A DNA stretch of 64,000 bases from Acidimicrobiia bacterium (GTDB lineage Bacteria; Actinomycetota; Acidimicrobiia; Spongiisociales; ZC4RG35), in assembly GCA_036375695.1 (NCBI GenBank), contig DASVBU010000025.1, forward strand, positions 1,879 through 65,878, given 5' to 3'. The translations under genes and the position numbers were made by a program. Shown in pieces: positions 40,234-49,170 of this stretch. Every line of letters starts with the position of its first letter. The first letter of the stretch is position 1. The notes beneath the pieces are model-generated. The model was not told where the DNA came from. It made no database searches and saw only the letters and a program-made list of their open reading frames with translations.

Positions 40234-40434
40234 ATGACCTCCGCAGAGCACCCTGCCGAGCGTCTCATCCGCGAAGCGATCGAAGCCGGCGACTTCGACG
40301 ACCTGCCTGGTGCCGGGAAGCCCATCCCGGGCGCGGGTCAACCCGATGATCCTCTGTGGTGGGTGCGCGGCTGGGTGCAGAGAATCCGCGCCGACGACGC
40401 CGCTGTAGAACGAGAAGAGGCCGGCGGAGGGTGA
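40234..40434 (+). CDS. DUF1992 (DnaJ-C28-like) domain protein
   Basis: 66 aa with ERLIREAIEAGDFDDLPGAGKPIP, the conserved DUF1992 core. Confidence 0.7.
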   Translation: MTSAEHPAERLIREAIEAGDFDDLPGAGKPIPGAGQPDDPLWWVRGWVQRIRADDAAVEREEAGGG

Positions 40435-40440
40435 GCCCCG

Positions 40441-40498
40441 GAGAGATGCGGGGCGCCCCCATGGCCCCGCATCTCTCACTTCGACGCCAAGGCGTCGA
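40441..40498. terminator. double hairpin between convergent genes
   Basis: A perfect 14-bp stem GAGAGATGCGGGGC-9 nt-GCCCCGCATCTCTC (40441-40477) is followed by TTCGACGCC-aa-GGCGTCGAA (40480-40499). Confidence 0.55.
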
Positions 40499-40504
40499 AC
40501 CCGC

Positions 40505-40726
40505 TCACAGTTGGACGAACCCCTCCAGGACCCCCCGTCGAGCCTCGAACTCGTCGGCCGGACGGGCGAACCTGGCTCTCGCCACTTCGTTGGTGAGTTC
40601 GCCGTGGAGCCTGAAGCTGACCTTCCCGCAGTCGCTGCACACGCTTCGCTCCAGACCGGCGACCGTCACCGAAACATTCATCTCGTGAGCGCAACGATCA
40701 CGTCGCGCCCGCGTCAATCTCCTCAT
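40505..40726 (-). CDS. hypothetical small Cys-containing protein (73 aa)
   Basis: ATG 40726 is preceded by GGGAGG at about 6 nt. Sequence is MRRLTRARRDRCAHE...SVCSDCGKV.... The 187-aa ORF-track version is rejected because its N-terminus is antisense to a convincing membrane-protein gene. Confidence 0.4.
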   Translation of the reverse strand: MRRLTRARRDRCAHEMNVSVTVAGLERSVCSDCGKVSFRLHGELTNEVARARFARPADEFEARRGVLEGFVQL

Positions 40727-40855
40727 GTATGCCTCCCTCGCACCCACGTAGCCCACAGCATGCGGGGACGGAGCCGATCTGTCCATGAGTCGCCCGGCCC
40801 AACCATTCGGAAACTCGAAGCCTCCGACGCGAGTCGAATCGGGCGGAGGTACGAA

Positions 40856-41170
40856 ATGACTGCATCCCAGGCGGCACGAACGAGTTGGAAGTTCCACGAT
40901 TATCTGGTCGGCATCCTCGGCGGCGGGGGCGTCGGCGCATCGCTCGGCGTCTTCGTCGCGGCACGGCTCCTCGAGGACACCATGGAGCCACCACTGGTCA
41001 TCGCCATCGGCGCAATCGTCGGGGCCGTGATCGGCATCTTGCTCATGAGGCAGACGAGGGAGAACCACGAAGGGTTCTGGACGGTGACCACGGTCGTGAT
41101 GTGGATCGTGGCCGTCGCATCGGCCGTCTTCCTCATCCTGCTCTACCGGGCCCTCCTCGACTTCAACTGA
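40856..41170 (+). CDS. hypothetical membrane protein (104 aa, about 3 TM)
   Basis: ATG 40856 is preceded by GGAGGT. Hydrophobic segments are LVGILGGGGVGASLGVFVAA, LVIAIGAIVGAVIGILLM and VVMWIVAVASAVFLILL. Confidence 0.5.
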   Translation: MTASQAARTSWKFHDYLVGILGGGGVGASLGVFVAARLLEDTMEPPLVIAIGAIVGAVIGILLMRQTRENHEGFWTVTTVVMWIVAVASAVFLILLYRALLDFN

Positions 41171-41234
41171 GGTTTCGCCCGGTGGGCGGGCGGGGTCGCG
41201 GGATTACTCTGCGGCCGAGACAAGGAGCCCGAAC

Positions 41235-42533
41235 ATGCCCACTCATGCGGAACTGTTGGCGCGTCATCGTCGGGTGCTGCCCGACTGGATGATCCTGTAT
41301 TACAGGGAGCCGATCGCACTGGTCGACGGCGATGGTCGATATGTGACCGACGCCGAGGGGAACCGCTACCTCGACTTCTTCGGGGGCATCCTCGTCACCA
41401 TGTCGGGCCACCGGTTGCCGCGGGTGGTCGAGGCGATCAAGGCTCAGGCCGACCGGTTGCTCCACTCGTCGACCCTGTACCTCATCGAGTCGCAGATCGA
41501 GCTCGCCGAGAGGATCGCCGAGCTGAGTGGCATCCCCGACGCCAAGGTCTTCTTCACCAACTCGGGCACCGAGGCCAACGACGCCGCCCTGATGATCGCC
41601 ACCCAACTCCGCAACTCGAACCAGGTGATCGCGTTCCGGGGGAGCTACCACGGCCGATCCCATTCCACCGTGGCGATCACCGGACAGCGGGCATGGTCGG
41701 CCACGTCGTTGAGCCCGTTCCACACCATTTACGTGCACGGGCCATACAAGCTGCGAAGCCCATTCGGTCATCTCTCCGACGACGAGTACACCGCCGCCTG
41801 CGTGCGCGACCTCGAAGACATGCTCACCGTGGGCACGGCCGGACAGGTGGCGGCCATGATCGCCGAGCCGATCCAGGGAGTCGGGGGGTTCGCCACACCA
41901 CCAGACGGCTTCCTCGGGGCGATCAAGGAGGTCACCGACCGCCACGACATCCTCTTCATCTCCGACGAGGTCCAGACGGGCTGGGGTCGCACCGGGGAGA
42001 ACTTCTGGGGCTATCAGGCCCATGGCATCGTGCCCGACCTCCTCACGTTCGCCAAGGGTCTCGGGAACGGGCTGGCGATCGGTGGTGTGGTCGCCTCGGC
42101 CGAGGTCATGGACTCGATGCCGGCCAACTCGATCTCGACCTTCGGGGGGAACCCGCTGTCCACGGCGGCGGCCCTGGCCAACCTGGAGTACCTGCTGGAG
42201 AACGACCTGCAGACCAACGCCCTCAAGGTCGGCGCCCGGCTCAAGAGTGGTCTCGACGACCTCGCAGACGAGGTCCCGGAGATCGCAGAGGTTCGTGGCA
42301 AGGGTCTGATGCTGGGCGTGGAGTTCGCGGACCCGGAGTCGGGTGAGCCGTTGTCCGGTTTCACCGGCGAAGTGATGGAGGAGGCGAAGAAGGCCGGTTT
42401 GCTCATCGGCAAAGGTGGTCTCTTCGGGAACACCCTCCGAATCGCCCCGCCGCTCTCTCTCACCGAGGCCGAGGCCGACGAGGGGCTGGAGAAGCTGCGT
42501 ACGGCCATGCTGCGGGCCCGCTCCACCGACTAG
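41235..42533 (+). CDS. class III (omega) aminotransferase, PLP-dependent
   Basis: 432 aa with an AAGGAG RBS. Motifs FTNSGTEANDAA, ISDEVQTGWGRTG and TFAKGLGNG (Schiff-base Lys). Confidence 0.9.
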   Translation: MPTHAELLARHRRVLPDWMILYYREPIALVDGDGRYVTDAEGNRYLDFFGGILVTMSGHRLPRVVEAIKAQADRLLHSSTLYLIESQIELAERIAELSGIPDAKVFFTNSGTEANDAALMIATQLRNSNQVIAFRGSYHGRSHSTVAITGQRAWSATSLSPFHTIYVHGPYKLRSPFGHLSDDEYTAACVRDLEDMLTVGTAGQVAAMIAEPIQGVGGFATPPDGFLGAIKEVTDRHDILFISDEVQTGWGRTGENFWGYQAHGIVPDLLTFAKGLGNGLAIGGVVASAEVMDSMPANSISTFGGNPLSTAAALANLEYLLENDLQTNALKVGARLKSGLDDLADEVPEIAEVRGKGLMLGVEFADPESGEPLSGFTGEVMEEAKKAGLLIGKGGLFGNTLRIAPPLSLTEAEADEGLEKLRTAMLRARSTD

Positions 42534-42555
42534 GGAATCGGCAACGCCCGTCGAT

Positions 42556-42571
42556 GGTTGTCATGTCAACC
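42556..42571. promoter_or_regulatory. 16-bp near-perfect palindrome upstream of the LLM oxidoreductase gene
   Basis: GGTTGTCATGTCAACC has 7 of 8 arm positions complementary. It lies 44 nt upstream of ATG 42615 in a locally lower-GC spacer. Confidence 0.3.
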
Positions 42572-42614
42572 AGCTGATCGCGGGTAAACGACTTCCAACC
42601 ATCGAGGTGTTGAA

Positions 42615-43637
42615 ATGGAATTGGGTCTCACCAGCTTCGCCGAGACGATCCCGCCCTCGGGTGGCGAGCCGACCGGCCATGGCGTCAGGCTGCGTCAGGT
42701 CATCGAGGAGGTGGTCACCGCCGAGGAGGTCGGACTCGACGTCTACGGATTGGGGGAGCATCATCGACCCGACTTCGCGTCTTCCGCCCCGGCCGTGGTG
42801 CTGGCCGCCGCCGCGGGCAAGACCTCTCGCATCCGGCTCTTCCCGGCCGTCTCCATCCTCTCCACGGACGACCCGGTACGTGTCTTCCAGCAGTACGCCA
42901 CACTGGATCTGGTGTCCAATGGCCGGGCCGAACTGCTCGTCGGCAGGGGGTCGTTCATCGAGTCGTTCCCACTCTTCGGGTATCGCCTCGAGGACTACGA
43001 CGAGCTCTTCGCCGAGAAGCTGGATCTCCTGCTGCGGATCCGGGACGAGGAGGGCCCGTTCGAGTGGTCGGGGCGGTTCCGCCCGCCGATCCAGGGCCAG
43101 GGCGTCTACCCGAGACCCGAGCGCCGGCTTCCGATCAGGGTCGCGGTGGGCGGCACCCCGGCGTCGGTGGTCCGTGCCGCCAGCCGGGGGCTCGGTCTCT
43201 CACTCGCGATCATCGGCGGGGCGCCCGACCGATTCCGGACGCTGACCGATCTCTATCGGTCGAGTCTCGTCGACCACGGGCACGATCCCGCCGACTTCCC
43301 GATCTCGGTTCACGCCCACGGCTTCGTCGCCCCCACGGACGACGAGGCCGCTGAGATCTTCTACCCGTCCTACTCGGTGGCGATGACCCGCATCGGCCGG
43401 GAGCGTGGCTGGGGCCCCATGACCCGGGAGCAGTTCGAGGCGATGCGGTCGCCCGCCGGTTCGCTGGTGCTGGGCAGCCCGGAGACCGTCGCCGCCAAGA
43501 TCCTGCGTTGGAAGGAGGTGCTCGGCATGGAGCGGTTCGAGCTCCACGTCAGTGTCGGCACCATCCCGCACGAGCACGTGCTCCGGTCCATCGAGCTGTT
43601 CGGCCAGAAGGCGGCTCCGATCGTCAGGGGCGGCTGA
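42615..43637 (+). CDS. LLM-class flavin-dependent oxidoreductase (luciferase-like)
   Basis: 340 aa with YGLGEHHR and GRAELLVGRGSFIESF, typical luciferase-like monooxygenase blocks. Confidence 0.85.
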   Translation: MELGLTSFAETIPPSGGEPTGHGVRLRQVIEEVVTAEEVGLDVYGLGEHHRPDFASSAPAVVLAAAAGKTSRIRLFPAVSILSTDDPVRVFQQYATLDLVSNGRAELLVGRGSFIESFPLFGYRLEDYDELFAEKLDLLLRIRDEEGPFEWSGRFRPPIQGQGVYPRPERRLPIRVAVGGTPASVVRAASRGLGLSLAIIGGAPDRFRTLTDLYRSSLVDHGHDPADFPISVHAHGFVAPTDDEAAEIFYPSYSVAMTRIGRERGWGPMTREQFEAMRSPAGSLVLGSPETVAAKILRWKEVLGMERFELHVSVGTIPHEHVLRSIELFGQKAAPIVRGG

Positions 43638-43640
43638 GCC

Positions 43641-44633
43641 TCAACCGGTCATCGCCTCGGCGACGATCCTGCTGATCCGCTCCACCGCCGCGATCCCGGA
43701 CGGGTGATCGGGCCAGCCCTGGGTGAGGATTGCCACGACATAACCCGGGTCGGCGCCGGGCCCGTCCACCCACCCCACCGAGTTGATGATCTCGCCGGCG
43801 AAGCCGTTCTTGAGCGCCACGGTCCAGCCACCGGGGACGCCGGCGGTGACCCCCCAACGCTGAGATGACACAACCGAGGTCATCAGGTCGAGGGCGATCG
43901 CCCGGTACTCCGACTCGAGGGGCCCCCATTGCCCCACCAAGACCTGTCGGATGAGGTTCACCTGGTCACGGGCCGACGTGGTCGTCCGTCCCCACGCCGA
44001 ACCGTCGTCGGCCCTCACTGTGGTCTGGCCGAGGCCGAAGAGGTCGCGCTGCTCCTTGAACCAAGGCGAGCCCCCGAAGTGGTTCCAGAGGGCGCGCACC
44101 TCGTCGTTGGTCGACCGGGTGATCATGGGCACCAGCTGGCTCATCTCCCAGTCGGTCACCGGGCGCCCCTCCTGCTGGGCCTCGAGGAGCGTCCCGGCCA
44201 TCACCATCACCTTGAACACCGACGCCGTCCACTGGCGATTCTGGGGGTTGATCGAGTAGTCGCAGCTCGTCCTCAGATCGTGGACCCAGGCGGTGATCTG
44301 CCTGCCCGGGTAGTCGGCGAGCAATTGTGAGACGACCTCGTCGGTGAACATCTGGGGCCGACAGTGGGCGGGGACCGTGGGTTGGGCCGGGCGGCTGGTG
44401 GTGGTCTCCCGAGGGGCGGTGGTGGGGGCTGCCACGGTCGTCGTCGTGGTGGGGATCGTCGTGGTGGTGGTCGTCGTCGACGTCGTCGTCGTCGGGCTGG
44501 ACGTGGTCGTCGTGGTCGAGGTCGTGGTCGACGTGCTCGTCGTGGTGGTCGGCTCCGGCACGGTGGTCTCGGCTGCCGGCCCGGCACAGGCGGCGAGGAC
44601 GACCAGGGTCAGAGCGGGGACCAGCTTCCGCAC
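43641..44633 (-). CDS. secreted serine hydrolase, class A beta-lactamase-like lipoprotein
   Basis: GTG 44633 gives VRKLVPALTLVVLAACAG (lipobox), then a Thr/Ser tract of about 60 residues. Motifs SVFK (SxxK), STN (SxN) and KNG (KTG-like). The ORF-track start at 44777 runs through an intergenic repeat and into the next gene. Confidence 0.72.
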   Translation of the reverse strand: MRKLVPALTLVVLAACAGPAAETTVPEPTTTTSTSTTTSTTTTTSSPTTTTSTTTTTTTIPTTTTTVAAPTTAPRETTTSRPAQPTVPAHCRPQMFTDEVVSQLLADYPGRQITAWVHDLRTSCDYSINPQNRQWTASVFKVMVMAGTLLEAQQEGRPVTDWEMSQLVPMITRSTNDEVRALWNHFGGSPWFKEQRDLFGLGQTTVRADDGSAWGRTTTSARDQVNLIRQVLVGQWGPLESEYRAIALDLMTSVVSSQRWGVTAGVPGGWTVALKNGFAGEIINSVGWVDGPGADPGYVVAILTQGWPDHPSGIAAVERISRIVAEAMTG

Positions 44634-44671
44634 ACCGGCATTGTGGTCGACGCGCCAGACTCGCCGGACCT

Positions 44672-44737
44672 CTCCCCCGTGTAGCGGCAGCGGAGCGGGG
44701 GAGTACCCCGAAGGGGGGAGGGGGCGAGCGAAGCGAG
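44672..44737 (+). repeat. GC-rich hairpin repeat element, copy 2
   Basis: CTCCCCCG-16 nt-CGGGGGAG hairpin (44672-44703), followed by TACCCCGAAGGGGGGAGGGGGCGAGCG. Matches the reverse complement of 9341-9410. Confidence 0.7.
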
Positions 44738-45373
44738 CTATAGACGGGTGTCGTGCTCGCGACCGACCACGAACCACACCGCCTTCACCGGCTCGTCGCC
44801 GTCGTTGTAGAGACGATGGGGTGTCGTCGAGTCGAAGGCGATCGAGTCGCCGGGGCCCAGCTCGTACTCCTGGAACCCGATCTGGACGGTGAGGGTCCCC
44901 GAGATCACGTATCCGTACTCACGCCCGTGGTGGCGCATCAGTGACATGTCCGGTGTCGAGGAACCACCCACGTCGTAGGTGGCCAGGAGGAAGTCGATGC
45001 CCTCCTCGCCCTCCGCCGTCAGCTCCTCCCACCTGACACCGGACGCCAGGTCGATCACCTGGCGGCTACCGGTCCTCGCCACCGGCGCACTGGCGTTCTC
45101 CTCCACTGTGTGGTCGGGCTCGGTGTAGTCGTCCCCTCTGATGATGCGATCGAGGGACACGTCCAGTTCGGTGACGATGGCGTACAGCGTGCCCACGGAT
45201 GGCTTGGAGACGCCACTCTCCAGCTGGGAGATCAGGCTCGCCGACAGTCCGAGCCGCCGCGCCAATTCGCGCTGGCTCAGCCCCGCTTTGATCCGCTCCT
45301 CCCGGAGACGGGCGCCAATGCCATCGAGTGCCCCCAGTGAGGTGTCGGCGGCGCCGCTCACATCAGCATCCAT
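44738..45373 (-). CDS. XRE-family transcriptional regulator with C-terminal cupin domain
   Basis: HTH block LSQRELARRLGLSASLISQLESG. Cupin block GREYGYVISGTLTVQ...GDSIAFDSTTPHRLYN. Confidence 0.85.
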   Translation of the reverse strand: MDADVSGAADTSLGALDGIGARLREERIKAGLSQRELARRLGLSASLISQLESGVSKPSVGTLYAIVTELDVSLDRIIRGDDYTEPDHTVEENASAPVARTGSRQVIDLASGVRWEELTAEGEEGIDFLLATYDVGGSSTPDMSLMRHHGREYGYVISGTLTVQIGFQEYELGPGDSIAFDSTTPHRLYNDGDEPVKAVWFVVGREHDTRL

Positions 45374-46047
45374 CCGCCGTCGATGGGCAGGTTGACACCG
45401 TTCACCGACGCATTCTCCAGCAGGAAGACGGTGGCATCCACGACGTCGGCCATCGTGGTCAGCTTGCCGGTGGGCGTGCGGGCGACGACGTGGCTCAGGT
45501 CCTTGTCCTTCCAGAACGGGCTGTCGCCGACGATCCCGGGGTGGATGGCGTTGACCCGCACGGGGGCCAGCTCGAGCGCAAGGGTGACGATCATCGACGT
45601 GACCGCACCGTTCACCGTGGTGACCGTGGTGGAGCCCGGGTACGGGCGGTCCTTGGCTCGCCCACCGAAGAGCACGATCGAGGCATCCTCGGTGAGCCGG
45701 TCGGACAGGGCGTGGATCACCTCCGTGTAGCTGACCAGCTTCATCGTGGCCAGCTTGATCGCGCGCTCGTACGAATACTCCCGGACACTGTTGCTGTCAC
45801 GGGCAATCGCCGCCAGGACCAGGCGCGACACCGGACCGACATCGGCGAGGGCGGGTGCGATCAGCGAAGGGTCGGCGAGGTCGAAGCCGATCCCGGTGGC
45901 GCCGTCGCCGAGCTCGGCGGCGATCTTCCGGCACCGCTCGTCCTCACTCCCGGTGACCACCACCTCTGCGCCCTGGCCCAGGTAGTGCTTGGCGATCTCG
46001 AGCCCGATACCGGATGTGCCCCCCACGACGACGACCGCTCCATTCAC
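45358..46047 (-). CDS. SDR family oxidoreductase
   Basis: GTG 46047 is preceded by AAGGAGG. Sequence VNGAVVVVGGTSGIGLEIA carries the TGxxxGxG motif. The ORF-track start at 46284 is rejected because it is antisense to lhgO. Confidence 0.85.
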   Translation of the reverse strand: MNGAVVVVGGTSGIGLEIAKHYLGQGAEVVVTGSEDERCRKIAAELGDGATGIGFDLADPSLIAPALADVGPVSRLVLAAIARDSNSVREYSYERAIKLATMKLVSYTEVIHALSDRLTEDASIVLFGGRAKDRPYPGSTTVTTVNGAVTSMIVTLALELAPVRVNAIHPGIVGDSPFWKDKDLSHVVARTPTGKLTTMADVVDATVFLLENASVNGVNLPIDGGWMLM

Positions 46048-46128
46048 AGTTCCGACCCTCCTTGATGCGCTCGGTCGAGGATATACCCTCGGAGCCGACG
46101 CGTGCAGTCCTACTGAGCAGGTGAGAGG

Positions 46129-47325
46129 TTGAAGGGCGACCTGGCGGTCATCGGGGGCGGTCTCATCGGGTTGGCCACCGCCCGCGCCTATCTCGAGGAG
46201 CGGCCCGGTGCCTCGGTGACCGTGTTCGAGAAGGAGGCGCGCCTGGCCGGCCATCAGAGCGGTCACTCCAGCGGTGTCATCCACTCCGGTCTCTACTACC
46301 GGCCCGGATCGCTCAAGGCGAGGCTGGCGGTGGCGGGAGCGGAGGAGATGTACCGGTTCGTCGAGGCAGAGGGCATCGGGTTCGCCCGGTCGGGGAAGCT
46401 GGTGATCGCAGTATCACCAAGGGAGCTGCCGGCGCTCGACGAACTGGAGCGACGGGGCCACGCCAACGGACTCGCGGGTCTGCGACGCATCGGGTCCGAG
46501 GAGATAACCGAGATCGAACCGGCCGCCACCGGGTTGGCGGCCCTGCACGTGCCTGCTGCAGGGGTGACCGATTTCGTCGCCGTTGCCGAGCGTCTCGCAG
46601 CCAGGCTCGCCGAGCAGGGTGTCGTGATCCGAACGGGCACCGGTGTCACGGGCATCTCCGAACGAGGGGATCACGTCGAGGTCGTTGCCGGAGGAGAGAC
46701 GCATCGCTTCGAGAATCTCGTCAACTGCGCCGGTCTCCAATCCGACCGGGTGGCGGCGATGGCCGGCGTGGACGCCGGAATCCGGATCGTCCCGTTCCGG
46801 GGCGAGTACTTCAACCTCGTCGGCCCGCTCTCCGAGCGAGTGAGGGCCTCGATCTACCCCGTGCCCGACCCCAGGTATCCGTTCCTCGGCGTCCACTTCA
46901 CCAGAGGCGTGGATGGATCTGTCCACGTCGGGCCCAATGCCGTCCTCGCGTTGGGCAGGGAGCAGTACCGGGGGGAGCGGCCCAACCTGGCGGACATCGC
47001 CGAGCTGATCCGGTTCGGTGGTTTCTGGAGACTGGCCGCGCAGAACATCCCGGCGGGCGCAAGGGAGATGGTCTCGAGATGGCGTCGGCTCTATGCCCGG
47101 CAGGCACGACGGCTCGTCCCGGGAGTGACCGCCACGGATCTCGGCCCCGGTGGGGCCGGGATCAGGGCCCAGGCAGTCGATCGGCGGGGCAAGCTCGTCG
47201 ACGACTTCGTCATCGAGCGCTCGGACCGGGCAGTCCACGTCCTCAACGCCCCCTCACCAGGCGCCACGGCATCCCTGGCCATCGGTCGGCACATCGCGAA
47301 AGTGATCGCTCTGGGTGCACGCTGA
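46129..47325 (+). CDS. L-2-hydroxyglutarate oxidase-like FAD-dependent oxidoreductase
   Basis: DLAVIGGGLIGLATA...FEKEARLAGHQSGHSSGVIHSGLYYRPGSLKA is the LhgO-type N-terminal pattern. TTG start. Confidence 0.8.
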   Translation: MKGDLAVIGGGLIGLATARAYLEERPGASVTVFEKEARLAGHQSGHSSGVIHSGLYYRPGSLKARLAVAGAEEMYRFVEAEGIGFARSGKLVIAVSPRELPALDELERRGHANGLAGLRRIGSEEITEIEPAATGLAALHVPAAGVTDFVAVAERLAARLAEQGVVIRTGTGVTGISERGDHVEVVAGGETHRFENLVNCAGLQSDRVAAMAGVDAGIRIVPFRGEYFNLVGPLSERVRASIYPVPDPRYPFLGVHFTRGVDGSVHVGPNAVLALGREQYRGERPNLADIAELIRFGGFWRLAAQNIPAGAREMVSRWRRLYARQARRLVPGVTATDLGPGGAGIRAQAVDRRGKLVDDFVIERSDRAVHVLNAPSPGATASLAIGRHIAKVIALGAR

Positions 47326-47356
47326 GGCCCTACCTGTGTAGTGTCACTGTTCACCG

Positions 47357-48244
47357 ATGAACAGCCAGCGCGCAGTGGCGGTGTTGGGGACCGGTCGCAT
47401 GGGAGCCGCGATGGCCTCCACCATCATGCGATCCGGCCTGCCCGTCACGGTGTGGAACCGGAGCCGCGACAAGGCCGACGAACTGGCCGGGCGCATCGGC
47501 TGCACGGTCGCAGAAAGCGCCGCGTCCGCGGCGGCGGGCGCGGCCTACGTGATCACGAGCCTGGCCGACGACGCCGCGGTAAAGGCGGTCTATCTCGGCG
47601 ATGACGGTGTCGCCTCGGGCGTCGGCCCGGGGCAGGTCGTGATCGACACCTCGACCATCGACCCGGCCACCGTCCACGAGATCGGGGCCGCCATCGACGC
47701 CGCAGGTGCCACGTTCCTCGACTGCCCTGTGTCGGGGAGTGTCTCGGTGGTCGAGGCCGGGAACCTCACGATCATGGCCGGGGGCGAGGCCGCCGAGGTG
47801 GAAGCAGCCCGACCCGCCCTCGACCCGATTGCGGCCCGGATCATCCACACCGGCCCCAGGGGAACCGGCGCGGCGATGAAACTGGCCATCAATTCACTGG
47901 TGCACGCCCTCAATGTGGCCCTGTCCGAGGCGCTGGTCCTGGCCGAGCGCGCCGGCATCGACCGGAAGATCGCCTATGAGGTCTTCGCCAGCGGGGCCAG
48001 CGGGGCCCCGTTCGTCCAGTACAAGCGGCAGGCGTTCGAGGACCCGGAGAACGCGGCCGTGGCATTCAGCCTCGACCTGGTGCAGAAGGACATGGAGCTG
48101 ATCACGGGGCTGGGCCAACGTACGGGCACTCCGATGGCCGCTGCGGACACGGTGCTCCGCCTGGTCCGTGAGGCCAACGAGGCTGGTTTCGCCGACCGCG
48201 ACATGAGCGCGGTCGCCGAGTTCCTGAGAGGGAGGGCTGGCTGA
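47357..48244 (+). CDS. NAD(P)-dependent oxidoreductase, 3-hydroxyisobutyrate/tartronate-semialdehyde reductase family
   Basis: 295 aa with VAVLGTGRMGAAMA (Rossmann motif), DCPVSGS and a C-terminal 6PGDH-like helical domain. Confidence 0.85.
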   Translation: MNSQRAVAVLGTGRMGAAMASTIMRSGLPVTVWNRSRDKADELAGRIGCTVAESAASAAAGAAYVITSLADDAAVKAVYLGDDGVASGVGPGQVVIDTSTIDPATVHEIGAAIDAAGATFLDCPVSGSVSVVEAGNLTIMAGGEAAEVEAARPALDPIAARIIHTGPRGTGAAMKLAINSLVHALNVALSEALVLAERAGIDRKIAYEVFASGASGAPFVQYKRQAFEDPENAAVAFSLDLVQKDMELITGLGQRTGTPMAAADTVLRLVREANEAGFADRDMSAVAEFLRGRAG

Positions 48245-49170
48245 TGTCCCATCACATCGTGAGGAAGGCCGAGGACATGGTCTTCACCACACCCTCGTGG
48301 TTCGCCGGGTACAGCGAGGGATACACCGCCGACTACTCGATCTCCGAGACCGCCGGATCGGTGCACACCGGCTTCCGCGTCTCCAGGCTGGAGCCCGGCG
48401 GCTGGGTCGGCTCCCATCTCCACTCCTTCGAGGAGAGCTTCTTCGTCATCGACGGCGACATCGTGGTCGACACTCCAGACGGCAGCGTCGCCGCCACCAC
48501 GGGTGATTACGGCCTGTTGCCCACTGCGACTCCTCACGCCATTCGCAACGTATCGGACCGGACCGTCACCTTCGCCGAGGTGATGGTCCCGGTCCCTCGG
48601 GAGCGTTTCGACTTCGACACCTATCGGGTCGGCCCGGTGCCCCAGGGCGAGCCGATCTCGATCGATCCGAGGGACCCGCGGAATCGCAACTACGGCCACA
48701 TCGCGCCGGAGAACATGGCCGCGGAGAACCAGACCCAGGACAAACTGGCCCAGAGCGCCTCGATGCGCACCGCCCTCCTGGTCTACAGCGGGATCACCGT
48801 GAAGATGATGATCGATTCCGACCTCGGGTCGAACCAGCACACCATGTTCATGGTCCAGTACGTCCCGGGCGGGTTCGCCGGGCCGCACGATCATCCCCTC
48901 GAGGAGGCATACCTGTTCCTGGAGGGCGAGGCGCTGGGGGTCTTCGACGGCGAGGAGTACCACCTCAAGGCGGGTGACCTCGCGTGGGCGGGCGTCGGCT
49001 GTGTTCACGAGTTCCGGAACCTGTCGCCTGACGGCGTGGTCCGGTGGCTGGAGACGGCGGCTCCGCAGCCGCCCGGCCGTCACTCGTACCGCTTCCGCCG
49101 GGATTGGACCTATCTGGAGAATGCCCTGGTCCGGGAACTCGGGCCGGGCGGAAAGGACAACGATGAGTGA
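48244..49170 (+). CDS. bicupin protein (two metal-binding cupin motifs)
   Basis: 308 aa. Cupin motif 1 is GSHLHSFEESFFV...PHAIRN and motif 2 is GPHDHPLEEAYLF...VHEFRN. 1-nt overlap (TGATG) with the upstream gene. Confidence 0.75.
   Translation: MSHHIVRKAEDMVFTTPSWFAGYSEGYTADYSISETAGSVHTGFRVSRLEPGGWVGSHLHSFEESFFVIDGDIVVDTPDGSVAATTGDYGLLPTATPHAIRNVSDRTVTFAEVMVPVPRERFDFDTYRVGPVPQGEPISIDPRDPRNRNYGHIAPENMAAENQTQDKLAQSASMRTALLVYSGITVKMMIDSDLGSNQHTMFMVQYVPGGFAGPHDHPLEEAYLFLEGEALGVFDGEEYHLKAGDLAWAGVGCVHEFRNLSPDGVVRWLETAAPQPPGRHSYRFRRDWTYLENALVRELGPGGKDNDE

Noticed and set aside
38819-41200. Genomic island integrated at tRNA-Leu
   Set aside because: No integrase, recombinase or phage genes follow the tRNA. 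I saw no direct repeat of the tRNA 3' end, and there is no obvious compositional break. The small uncharacterised genes downstream do not make an island by themselves.
44634-44777. 48-codon N-terminal extension of the beta-lactamase-like gene (ORF-track start 44777)
   Set aside because: The extension is translated from the intergenic GC-rich repeat and overlaps the 3' end of the XRE-cupin gene. GTG 44633 yields a proper lipoprotein signal peptide.
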